From a virus, in the IMG/VR virus record IMGVR_UViG_3300020183_000040, positions 1 through 64,000 of that record: a stretch of DNA of 64,000 nucleotides. One strand, given 5' to 3'. Made by a program: the position numbers and the translations under genes. Under the pieces are notes generated by a model. The model made no database searches and was not told the DNA's origin. It saw only the letters and a program-made list of their open reading frames with translations. Below, piece after piece: positions 21,901-28,541 of the stretch (the stretch's first letter is position 1; every line of letters begins with the position of its first letter).

Positions 21901-24900
21901 AATATTGCAGATTCTCAAATTCAAGTAAATGATTTTGAAACTGCACTAGTATCAATCGATTCTACTTTCCCAGTAGGAGAATTTGTAAACAATCATGTTG
22001 TTGTCTACAATACTGCAACTGGAACAATCCAGAACAATGAGTATATTAGAAATTATAAATTTGACTATGGTAATGATACTGGTGTGTTTACTGTTGGAGA
22101 AACCGCTGAAATTCGTCAGCTTGCAATAAGAAATAGAGAAGGTGGGTATTTTACTGATGGTCAAATCATCAGAAGTGAAAATTCTAAAGCAGAAGTTCTT
22201 GGATTTGCTCCAGGTAGAAATATTGTCTATCTCGGTAAACAGGCAAGAAGTTCTTCAGCAGGAAAGGATTTCCATATCCCAACATTTTTTGGGAATGCCA
22301 AACTATCTACAGCACAGAAAAAATTCGGAGAATCATCTCTACTTCTAGATGGAAATGGAGATTATCTACAAATATCGCACCCAACAGAATTTGATCTAAC
22401 AACTTATACATTTGAAGCGTGGATTTATTTACCAACCACTCCAACTACTGAGTATTCGATGATATTTGCCAATGTCGGACAAAACTCGTATTGGGGACTC
22501 CGTACTGTTGCTGGAGTTACACGTCTGACTTCATATGATGGCAGTACCATCAATGAACAAACAACTGGAACTGGTATTCCATTGAATACTTGGACTCATG
22601 TTGCTTGGTCTAGGTCTGGTAGTACTATTAGAGCGTTTATGAATGGAGTAATCGTACACACTGGAACTAGCAACGCCACTCCAAATGTGACTGGAATTAC
22701 AATTGGTTATTCAGATAGTTATGCAAATCAATATTTCTTCAATGGATATATCGATGAAGTAAGAGTATCTAATACAAACATTTATGGACTTGCATTTACT
22801 CCTCCTTCTAATATTTTCCAAGGAGATAATAATACAAAACTACTACTTCATTTTGATGGTGCTAATAATGCAACAACCACTGATGATTGGTCTGGTGCAG
22901 CTAACTGGGCAAATGGGCAAGAATTTGTAAATAGTGGAATTCTATTCCGTTTTTATGATGCAGCAAATCAAATAGAAGATAATATAAATTTGATTGCTGC
23001 CGAAGCAGTATATCGTACAGATGTACATTTCCCCAAACTTCATATTCCAACAACAGTTGCTATCACTTATGGTAGTCAGTTCTATGATGTAATTCTTGCA
23101 AATCTAAACTTCATTGCTTGGGAAGCATATCAAAGAGTTTCTCCAACTCCTCCAACTGGAACAACAGCACAGGATTGTGTTGATGATGTAAAAGATGTTC
23201 TTCGTAGTTTAGCTTATAACATCAAACATGGATTCAATTCCAAAGTTTGGGATGCAGCAAAATTGTATGTAAACTCTGGTGCTATTCAACATCTAACTGG
23301 TCAAGTTACAAACTCTGTCAATGTATTCAATCAAGCGAGAAATATTGCAAAACAAATCATCAATAACACTACAGTAACCAAGCAAGGTTCTCATACTTAT
23401 ACACAAACAACAAATACTTCAATTCCATATGTTATTGGTGGATATACTACTGTTGAGAGCTCTATTGATTCTCTATTCAAGATTGTTACCGATACACTTC
23501 AAAATCCAGCTGGTACAAATAACACTACATATCCATCTTCTGTTGCTGTTCTTCCGAGAACACACCCACCACATACTCAGTGTATTGCTGATGTCACCCT
23601 CACTATCACTGAAATTCTAAAAGATATTAGAAATGGTGGTAATGAATATACCTGGGACGCAGCTTCTCTCTATGTCAACACTGGGGGATCCACAGCAACA
23701 CTCAATCATATTGTTGGTGAAGAAGCAGAGACTTCATATGCATATGACAGAGCAAGAGATATTTCTCTACTTGTAATGCGTGGACTTGAGGTTGGTATTA
23801 CTGGAGATCATGGTTTTACACAATTCATTGATACAACCATTACGGATGATCCTGCAAATCCAGTTTGTGCTGATGTTGCCAGTACAATCAATACTTTATT
23901 CGATATTGTAATTGATACAATTGATCTTGCATATACTTCTTCTGGAAATCATCTACTAACAGTACCTAGAACACAGGCAGCGTATGAATATGCATCTGGA
24001 ATAGTAGATGCATATAGATCCGACAGTTTTACAATTCGTTCTGTAAATAACACAACTAAAGACTTTTGGACTAATGAAATTAGTCCAGATACTCAGAGTC
24101 GTTACATAGATGCTGCAGATCTCATTGAAATCAATACTGAGGCTATTATTGATGAAACTTCGGGGAGGATGCTCGCTAGATATCCCGTACTCCTCACTGA
24201 GATGCCCCGTAACCAGGATGGAAGCGGTGCAGGTACAAATAGATGTAAAACTGATTTGACAATCCTTCTAGGCGCTCTAGTGAAGGACCTTAGATTTGGA
24301 GGTAATCGTTTTACTACTGAGGCAACAAAAAATTACTTAGGTGTAAATGATGAAATTAGGCATATTCGTTTACAACTTTGGGGATCTTTGTATGCACATG
24401 ATCAACTTGGTGAAATGTCAAAACTTGCAATCACTGGAGATCTAGCAGCTGTTGCACAATACACAGACTCTGTAATTGTATCTGATATTGGCATCACTCA
24501 GGATGCTGGCGGATGTGCTAATGTCAAGACAACGATTGACAATCTGATTCAAAATATGAATGACATTCTTGCTCCTACACCAGATAGGAATAAGGATGCT
24601 GCAGATCTACTCGTTTTCAATAGGAATTACATCGCAGAAGAAGCAATTGGTCTGCTTGAAGATGAATTCTTCTATACTCTAAGTAATGGACAAACATATC
24701 AGGCATATCAATATCCTGGTGGTAATGTTGATGGAAGAAACAAGTGTATTAGAGATGCAAAAAATATCATAGATGCAGTTGCTGCTGACCTACTAACAGG
24801 TGGAAATAATAGCATTCTTCTTGCTGTAGAAAAATATTTGACTGCTCAACTTGAAATTGATTACATTGAAGATCAACTTGGTGCAACTCTATATTCGTGG

Positions 24901-27900
24901 ACTAGAATTGCCTTCCTATGCAAGAAAGCAGTTGCTAACTTACTTCAGTCTGCTAATCAAATTGCACTGTCTACAAGTCATTATGTTGCTCAACATACGG
25001 ATAAAGCTGCATATACAGATCCAACGATTACTCATGATATTTCTTCTCCTGGTGGAAATTACAGTTCTGCAGACTGTGTAAATATTCAAGCTGCAATTGA
25101 TAACCTAATAAATGCAGCTATTGACACTCTTGCCCCTGGTGGAGATATTGCTATAAATGCATCAAGAATGATGCTTTTCAATAAAAACTATTTTGATAAG
25201 GAAATTGGTGAAGAAGTTACTAGACAATGGGGACAAATCACAACTGCTCAAAAAACATTTATTGAAGAAGTTGCTGATAATATCATTCATGATATTCTAA
25301 TCACTAAAGAAAGTGTACTTGATAATCAGACTACAGCGCAATATTCAAATGTTCAGACTTACAGAACCCTTAGAAGTTTACTCACACCTCTAAACACGAC
25401 TAATAATCAATTGAATTTGATCCCTGCAGCTCAGGTCGAACAAATTTCTGGAGGAACATGGACAAGCACTGGAAATACTGTATCTCTAAATGCATCTTCT
25501 GGTCCAGATGGAACTCTTACCGCAGATAAATTGATTCCTGGTACAACTGGCACAGATGAACGTGCTGTAAGAAGAAACTTTGTTTTGACTGCGTATACAA
25601 CCTATGATAGAGACAATGTAACGTTTGATAATGAATATGTCACTCTTGATCAGGGTGTTGACACTTCATATCAAACATATACTTGGTCTATATTCTTCAA
25701 AGAAGCTGGTTACTCTAATGCAAGAATTAGAGTTCAATGGGATGCAACTCACTTTGCATTTTTCAATATAAATCTAACAAATGGAGCACCAAGTGATGTA
25801 TTTGGAACTGGAATAACAGGACTGTCTACAGGAGTTATTCCACATGGAAATGGATGGTACAGGGCATTTATTACCTTTGATGTTCCATTTGGTGTTTCAT
25901 CAGTAGATCTATTTGCATATGGAACGGTGAATGCTTCAGTTACTGCTCCTGGTAATGGAACTAGCGGTGTTCTAATTTGGGGTGCTAAATTTGCTAAGAG
26001 TGGAATTGATATTTACACATCACAAGGAGGAACTCCTTTCTACCCAGATAATGATTATAATGTGAGAAATTATATTCTGGATAGACTTGAATTCTTTATG
26101 ACTAGAGCGATTTCGGGAACACTAATAACTCCATCTCCTCTAGCTACGTTCCCATCTTATACAAATACATCTATTCAATCTGGATATACAATTGCGGATA
26201 TCAATAAATTTATTGAGATACTAATCAATCAATACCAAGAACAACTCACAAACCCATCTTATTATCTTGTTATTGGTATTCAAAATGGACTAGTACTTCT
26301 ACCAAAAACTTATGGGACCAGAATAATCCCAGTTCCTTTGGGCGGAAAAATTGAACAATCTTCGTTTATCTATGGTGTTCTGTCTGATAGAAGTGCAGAA
26401 ATTGCAGGATATATTTTGAATGAAGCACAAGTTGCAAAAACTTATGTGAGGATGAGAATAAACGATATTGAGGATGGTCCATTTGTTGTCAACGACGACG
26501 TGGTTGCCGCTGGGAATCCAGGTATAACAGGAAAAATTTATGGATTCTACTCTGATGAAAACTTCAATTATCTTGATGTAGAAGTAACTGCTGGAACATT
26601 CAATATCAACTCTCGTATTGAAAGTGATGAGGGTGCTGAAGCTACAATTGTTGCTATTGAACCTCGCCTTCACGTCATTGGACTTCAAGGTGATTTTGCT
26701 GATGGAGTTCCATTCAAAGCATATACAAGTAACGTTACTGCAAATGTTGTAGATTTTATTAGATGTGAAGGAGCAGTTTTGAGTAATACTGGTGGAAAAC
26801 TAACTGTAGATACAGATTCTTTGACTGGTTCTTTTGAAACCAAGAGCGTTGTATTCCCACAAACATCAAGAATTTACCTAGATCTTATTCAATATAAAGG
26901 TCTTGTATTGAATGTCGGTGATATCATTGTTGCTGATGGTTATGTAAGATTCCAAGTTGCAGTAAACAATAATTTGTCAACTTTCCAAAGAGGTGGAACC
27001 TTATACGGAATTGTCAATGGCACTAAGGACACAAGTAGGAGAGCCATTATAGTAGATCTTGATCTCAACAATAATTACATATATGCTAAAACATATCTTG
27101 GACAATTTGCTAATGGTCAATCATTTGCTTATTACGGAGAGGTTGAGGGAGATCTTCCAGTTGGTTTTGCAACTATTGTAACCAATGTACCTGTTGCTGG
27201 TAATGCATCTGGTAGGATAGTAGATATCAAGCAAGTAGGAACTAAAACAAGAGTGTTCTTGTCTGATGTAAGAGGAACCTGGACTATTAGAGAGACCGTG
27301 GCTGGTAGGGCAGGATATGGTGCTGCAGTTTTTGATACTAAGACTATCAAAGGAAGAATCAAGCGTGCATTCCGTGGATTTGATGGCGTGCAAACGGAGT
27401 TCAACCTCACAACTGCCAATGGAACTCCATACTTCCCAGATCCAGATGGGCATATGTTGATCTTTATCAACGGTATTCTACAACCTCCAGGTGCAGGCAA
27501 CGCTTATAGTGCATTCTCAAATGTACTTTCGTTTAGTGAACCACCTGAAGTTGGAGATGCATTTGTTGGATTCTATCTAGGAAAACTACGCCAATTGGAT
27601 GACATTTCCTTTGAATTTGATTCTCTACGTCAATCATTCAACCTGAGACGTTCTGGAATCTTCTATTCTCTAACTCTTACCGATGGTGTACAATCTTCCG
27701 TGATTAGACCAGAAAATAATATCATTGTTTCTCTAAATGGTGTTATTCAAGAACCTGGCATTGGATTTACTCTTGTTGGTTCTCGTATTATCTTTGGTGA
27801 AATTCCTAGAGTAGGATCTACATTCGTTGCATTCTCTTATGTTGGTTCTGAAGGTGACGTTGACTCGGAAACTGTTGTTCCACCAATTGAACCTGGTGAT

Positions 27901-28518
27901 CTTCTAGATATTGAAGGTGAAACTATAGATCGTGAAGTTGCAGTTATTGAATCTTCTAATTCTTTGATTACAATTGATTATCTTGGATCTGTGTTTGGTA
28001 AAGGCGCTAGTGCAACGGGAGTAATCACTAAAGGAAGAATCAAAGAATCCAGAGTTACATCTGGAGGATCTGGTTATACGTCTAGACCACTTGTTAGAAT
28101 TGACTCTGTTACTGGTTTTGATGCCAATATCAAAGCACTAGTTGGAGTAGAAAGAATTGAAATGATAACCTATGGAAGTGGATATAAATCTCCAGTGGTT
28201 CTTGTAGAATCGACAGTTCCCGATGATTGGACTTCACCAAATATTGCTCTATATGGAGCTGATGGAGTTGCAACAATTCAAGTAATACCTACTACACCTA
28301 CAGAACCACCTCCAAGTGCAGGCGTTCCTGACAACACTATAAGTACTAGTGGTGGATTTACTGCTGGTGGTGGCGTGGTTGGACAAACTACAGGTGGAAC
28401 TGATACAGAGGGTGGCATATTTGATGGAGAGTTGGACTTCATATGGACTCGTCCAGCAAACTCATATACAACACCTAATTTCAATGTTGCAAATATATTT
28501 GCCAGCAGCACCAGCTAA
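9997..28518 (+). CDS. gp7: Giant baseplate wedge initiator/structural protein (gp7-like, ~6170 aa) with beta repeats, YHYH-like, propeller-like, LamG and helical phycobiliprotein-like domains
   Basis: QVPEFI..FVKFLELYYKSQE; NIREFYQTKGT; QDSYYYQTFSY..HPAGFKLFGE; lies between gp6 and gp8; ATG 9997 preferred over TTG 9973. Confidence 0.8.
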   Translation: MTQKIQVNKVSRAIREQVPEFIDREDPQFVKFLELYYKSQEKTGLSYNILNNLSNYLNIDEYDLRLIDSGSYLLEDVAVDDTTIVVEDVYGFVEENGTIKIDDEIIFYEKATKSPNVAITDGISYSAFVDRWVELQNPYFQFDSNTVQFALKSGDQPITPPGANWLIVKEYDTILIPGVDYEVSANFINFTQAPRTRNNSDTVGSTSIFYLKGFNQNPIRILDSIASQFDGNKKLFDLKLSNVAYTPVITEYTLLTISDKLLIPNVDYSIYGSTLILKTAPPQYATCNIRSIEAPIPSFGSGATAVPQIDNGQLVKILPKTYGTGYVTTNPPKVSISSGGGKNATAVALVSGVSKMRLLSAGRGYSTTNPPIVEIESPGNGGTTPVITANVENGTVTSLQLVSSGSNYNFTPRVSFKDPGGAEIGNPLISNGSLVSGSISVINSGIGYSTPPVVYIDPPNLSTGIQAVATTTIVGGKVTAITITNLGTGYTSVPRVSIIDPTTAKVLEVQVDPQGRVIEIDLLSGGTGFTDIPSIYIIDERRDTTGQYIGGVGAKAIASIFNGAITDITITSFGEGYDPNNPPKVFIQRPPVAEASVEIEFDGITDYKIIEPGSGYSKAQFEGCARGVAGPIGYDERGNIKFQPLTTITEHTIEKSSKADCLDGLFLKKMLTNFIDQYLPDLPKIELKNIDVNQVLKNIREFYQTKGTSNAVSYLFKLLYQEDVSIFYPREQIIKPSAAIWSVDTIIRTVLVSGNPEDLIEGTLIQEADAVDLTIGYASALIENYLTLQTSETTIYELILAEETILGKFAIPYKTRLAEKINETDSIITVDSTIGWPERNGEILVGNELIQYKEKSLNQFIECTRSMNNVRETWDAGTLVKSNFTIYVNKGQDNEVQLEVLGIAEAGSTTLSDTGSYYLAGDKLSVAKLGATSVDPKLTTWVYNVKKLLTITSIEGSGRIATALTDSNHGLLVGDAVTIYGANPIVYNGTFRVISINPDNKKEFQYQTLSDTGNIVPQGSILVSIDLNKGRSSSDSIYNQIKYYTVNVQNAFFDQNYVYVASTGLPNYNIGPFGTSALIPGNQRKLNRFFLNPQTISSKSKVTPGAVGTFVNGVSVWSYISKEQKTFGPVTSISVTKNGQDYDADNPPVMTISTRTGETGSGAKGVVIVDGSITSVEVTDTGSGYTTVPLVSIVGGNGSGAAATAIISQGKVTQILVTSGGTGYTNRPSISISGGGGSGATAEAKVRGPIKSVTVSQSGSSYSSSPVVSVSSGQGALAQPIISNGRIISIAIINAGTGYTTPPNVFITGSGFGAVARAVIDTDGENAGRVTSISIVNRGIGYSLGTTNINLVSVGTGAEFTADVFKWTYNLQETLDTDSVNGYVFDGYNTQYGGEYGHVSNPQRLRYVLGDSVIENEQTGNLSESDPQTAGIEHSPIIGWAYDGNPIYGPYGYSDPTDQGSEIQRMITSYKLKDNIVYNALSNPNPSRIDGPPLDIWAAGQFIEDYEYVFGQGDLDQYNGRFCKTPDYPNGTYAYFITMEGNAAGTPVFPYIIGPSYNSIVDEWNLNRNAVQQNIPKGVIRYRDPFESVDIDVERKPNAESDTITTESGDLIVFEVADENGDGIIDQSEQNNPPTLEEESILEIFDYFPRIQFDSRVDIEVETTTKFEEAKVTGFLIENPGESYQVNDRLVFDNENTGGSGVAAEVSSIQGKSIESYTFETINDIPYGVITTDEPHEITYGDKVDILYEPQLANSTKQLKVRVVKGIEKITVQTPGTGYNKDVPIEISIDGDGIDAEISPVINPTNGTITEFEILNSGSGFTKNPRILISHPQSLKKADYFIASLQNQNNVKVLDMYVTSNKVTYVCGETVDSTGNVVGFATKYSALGVKQWSKTFSSKNPVGGFRQLRLKKLAFYNTKLYVVGEVHPNITTQTNYNPDVFFARLDESADGLSASVGFSKGIAGISGSTRADQINTIKQYTDNRFLIGGHTNTNTSSPNDAFVAIMTDGGEFVTKRKLASTTKSESIKDFIVHDGFIYALVEIAPTPASNATTFAISKLEVEPFGIDLIWTKEVTQAGNYFKDIAFSLNEYDEIIVTASLFDIASSTQTAFWVGKFDLEVQNIWNYRTNVTGASSITTVGLGIDIFGEVNLLVNKTLSTNGERVVDIVKIGYDGKVKSVSNTKVQDGVDGVISYAGAVDVSGDVLFGGQTQWNRNEFSLIFDQTQTNPIIDVSESFASPPTLTATSGTLGSVSGAVQNNRLKFFGVHSTSTYAATYLKWTDPTYNLQTAFGSGNAWTLEFFAFLPSARSSNLSQTEHILFAITDNATSFGGVALKIDQSNKSLKLLLAANNQALNAVTAITTTANTFTENRWHHIAVTRSNNVFTLYVNGTSVAFGTVPNVVTSDRDLYFGNAPGFITTNVFSATQQFSGALNFIKLRNRTISSFTVPTDIASSTTENYVFTDTDYIANYTQKYDYIPYFGLIVKSDKNNDALRLGVHPNLGTNFTGFKINRSLTTYSVPSQLTLAFGNWLAGPTGNQILDFANTNLTANVDVDTVTLTQVQDIYSSRTATVPAPGSVKVKVEAKVVGKFFIQSTNTVKIDNIQKLILNQPFTFTKKSKLVLKSTTGVFRNSAYIVDIDKATNSILIAVAQNTWSDDIGVGLLSTEKFDESTTYGITGPAPNDINVISQFYFPQTINTTPGTFTIDMATVPYLTGTLDQYAKFRAYSETNYSVRIDEVAANAAYPKGSVVAIPNPTQNLAFNGTGNTNITITGLTGVLAITLICTLEKKLLVSSVENTDSVYVITSNRHYLKEGGMIFVDGNPTRTVNSVTYDEYDGAFPVDTVVSGKEFIYKLPTTALTLPSTTPASVSIFAKSPVIKMYYGHQYEFDVSHTSMYGYFLSFSEDNLNKLEYSFNSILRIGVPGVVAVGSVIPKVQFKVTKPEITNISYYFDPSRSGEDSPVDPGAYMDVVDSPYLGRFTVEFLAGATITTGPDIFKFPLTDEPEGPALIRLNSDGEQIDPKYEALSEKVVGKIGSIRLVNGGGFYRKLPVVTDIISSRKIERVNIIDPGTEYQVGEYSGIPILGDGEGGLVRITVTDGEDAEGNPIPGQISSVVITSAGKGYKTAYIDIPSIPGILGSDLAGSGAELDVEIPPFGSGASIFTTGANVGKIKKLKNNNFGYDYPHDYTLRPEITFPINVQLINTSILKNITVTNPGSGYSQAPTVIIEGGGGSGATAEASIRNGRIYSIVVKDPGSGYSSEPTVSLKSSFNYVVNLDLGLLQFSYPHGIQNGAAVTLQVTNDGDTIGTFPIAGGSIGALNSTTTYYAIAGAGQSLEPDQLKLAITPSNANLGDAITFVNAGTGRQILLTSSFGGAAKAIVGTGEFLAGEYVYQGDSVSNPTAFGYVSSNGGWEIGPRLLKIIDYEGKFEEGAKITGTISKSSGIIASLSIARGVLQIDSLTKTTGQFVDDRGKLSEIIQRVQDSYYYQTFSYAVQSPVSITSWKNFVLKNTHPAGFKLFGELNIFENAKIANRKTDFELTKSVNLADSAIVPNIQNFALVEPIYTQYDNTQVLFRQKRLTSSENILTSVVQRIDDISNLFDGERIAFPISVAQEPVSASVNQLMIVLNGVVQNPGTSFGIQGNQIVFSEPPQAPASVRYGNVDIAFQTVIRLSFSSISGIFPTLGMTIIALTSRWRGTVIGTSGNTIDVFWNGAPNSDLSTLGGLQESEASQFGYIIGETFNVGATGFIGILDSAVVIKNSTNANDFLYEFSETITTLEGELAQVEQINLSVGQEIPIARLRYTTGVSTTAIEVIAYNTSTPTRVPDNVFVIGKYYQFDAEVFKVTAIVHATEYSTITVQRAQLGTAAAQHQANASIYGTEINVTDKLTLSKTVGTYQSKPGLFDIQLYDIIVGVQSGSVGFVTRSYAYTDPTTNLPINEVVISEGSSFFGLLFNRITSTEYANVILDNIADSQIQVNDFETALVSIDSTFPVGEFVNNHVVVYNTATGTIQNNEYIRNYKFDYGNDTGVFTVGETAEIRQLAIRNREGGYFTDGQIIRSENSKAEVLGFAPGRNIVYLGKQARSSSAGKDFHIPTFFGNAKLSTAQKKFGESSLLLDGNGDYLQISHPTEFDLTTYTFEAWIYLPTTPTTEYSMIFANVGQNSYWGLRTVAGVTRLTSYDGSTINEQTTGTGIPLNTWTHVAWSRSGSTIRAFMNGVIVHTGTSNATPNVTGITIGYSDSYANQYFFNGYIDEVRVSNTNIYGLAFTPPSNIFQGDNNTKLLLHFDGANNATTTDDWSGAANWANGQEFVNSGILFRFYDAANQIEDNINLIAAEAVYRTDVHFPKLHIPTTVAITYGSQFYDVILANLNFIAWEAYQRVSPTPPTGTTAQDCVDDVKDVLRSLAYNIKHGFNSKVWDAAKLYVNSGAIQHLTGQVTNSVNVFNQARNIAKQIINNTTVTKQGSHTYTQTTNTSIPYVIGGYTTVESSIDSLFKIVTDTLQNPAGTNNTTYPSSVAVLPRTHPPHTQCIADVTLTITEILKDIRNGGNEYTWDAASLYVNTGGSTATLNHIVGEEAETSYAYDRARDISLLVMRGLEVGITGDHGFTQFIDTTITDDPANPVCADVASTINTLFDIVIDTIDLAYTSSGNHLLTVPRTQAAYEYASGIVDAYRSDSFTIRSVNNTTKDFWTNEISPDTQSRYIDAADLIEINTEAIIDETSGRMLARYPVLLTEMPRNQDGSGAGTNRCKTDLTILLGALVKDLRFGGNRFTTEATKNYLGVNDEIRHIRLQLWGSLYAHDQLGEMSKLAITGDLAAVAQYTDSVIVSDIGITQDAGGCANVKTTIDNLIQNMNDILAPTPDRNKDAADLLVFNRNYIAEEAIGLLEDEFFYTLSNGQTYQAYQYPGGNVDGRNKCIRDAKNIIDAVAADLLTGGNNSILLAVEKYLTAQLEIDYIEDQLGATLYSWTRIAFLCKKAVANLLQSANQIALSTSHYVAQHTDKAAYTDPTITHDISSPGGNYSSADCVNIQAAIDNLINAAIDTLAPGGDIAINASRMMLFNKNYFDKEIGEEVTRQWGQITTAQKTFIEEVADNIIHDILITKESVLDNQTTAQYSNVQTYRTLRSLLTPLNTTNNQLNLIPAAQVEQISGGTWTSTGNTVSLNASSGPDGTLTADKLIPGTTGTDERAVRRNFVLTAYTTYDRDNVTFDNEYVTLDQGVDTSYQTYTWSIFFKEAGYSNARIRVQWDATHFAFFNINLTNGAPSDVFGTGITGLSTGVIPHGNGWYRAFITFDVPFGVSSVDLFAYGTVNASVTAPGNGTSGVLIWGAKFAKSGIDIYTSQGGTPFYPDNDYNVRNYILDRLEFFMTRAISGTLITPSPLATFPSYTNTSIQSGYTIADINKFIEILINQYQEQLTNPSYYLVIGIQNGLVLLPKTYGTRIIPVPLGGKIEQSSFIYGVLSDRSAEIAGYILNEAQVAKTYVRMRINDIEDGPFVVNDDVVAAGNPGITGKIYGFYSDENFNYLDVEVTAGTFNINSRIESDEGAEATIVAIEPRLHVIGLQGDFADGVPFKAYTSNVTANVVDFIRCEGAVLSNTGGKLTVDTDSLTGSFETKSVVFPQTSRIYLDLIQYKGLVLNVGDIIVADGYVRFQVAVNNNLSTFQRGGTLYGIVNGTKDTSRRAIIVDLDLNNNYIYAKTYLGQFANGQSFAYYGEVEGDLPVGFATIVTNVPVAGNASGRIVDIKQVGTKTRVFLSDVRGTWTIRETVAGRAGYGAAVFDTKTIKGRIKRAFRGFDGVQTEFNLTTANGTPYFPDPDGHMLIFINGILQPPGAGNAYSAFSNVLSFSEPPEVGDAFVGFYLGKLRQLDDISFEFDSLRQSFNLRRSGIFYSLTLTDGVQSSVIRPENNIIVSLNGVIQEPGIGFTLVGSRIIFGEIPRVGSTFVAFSYVGSEGDVDSETVVPPIEPGDLLDIEGETIDREVAVIESSNSLITIDYLGSVFGKGASATGVITKGRIKESRVTSGGSGYTSRPLVRIDSVTGFDANIKALVGVERIEMITYGSGYKSPVVLVESTVPDDWTSPNIALYGADGVATIQVIPTTPTEPPPSAGVPDNTISTSGGFTAGGGVVGQTTGGTDTEGGIFDGELDFIWTRPANSYTTPNFNVANIFASSTS

Positions 28519-28541
28519 ATAATCAGGGAAATTCGATACAA

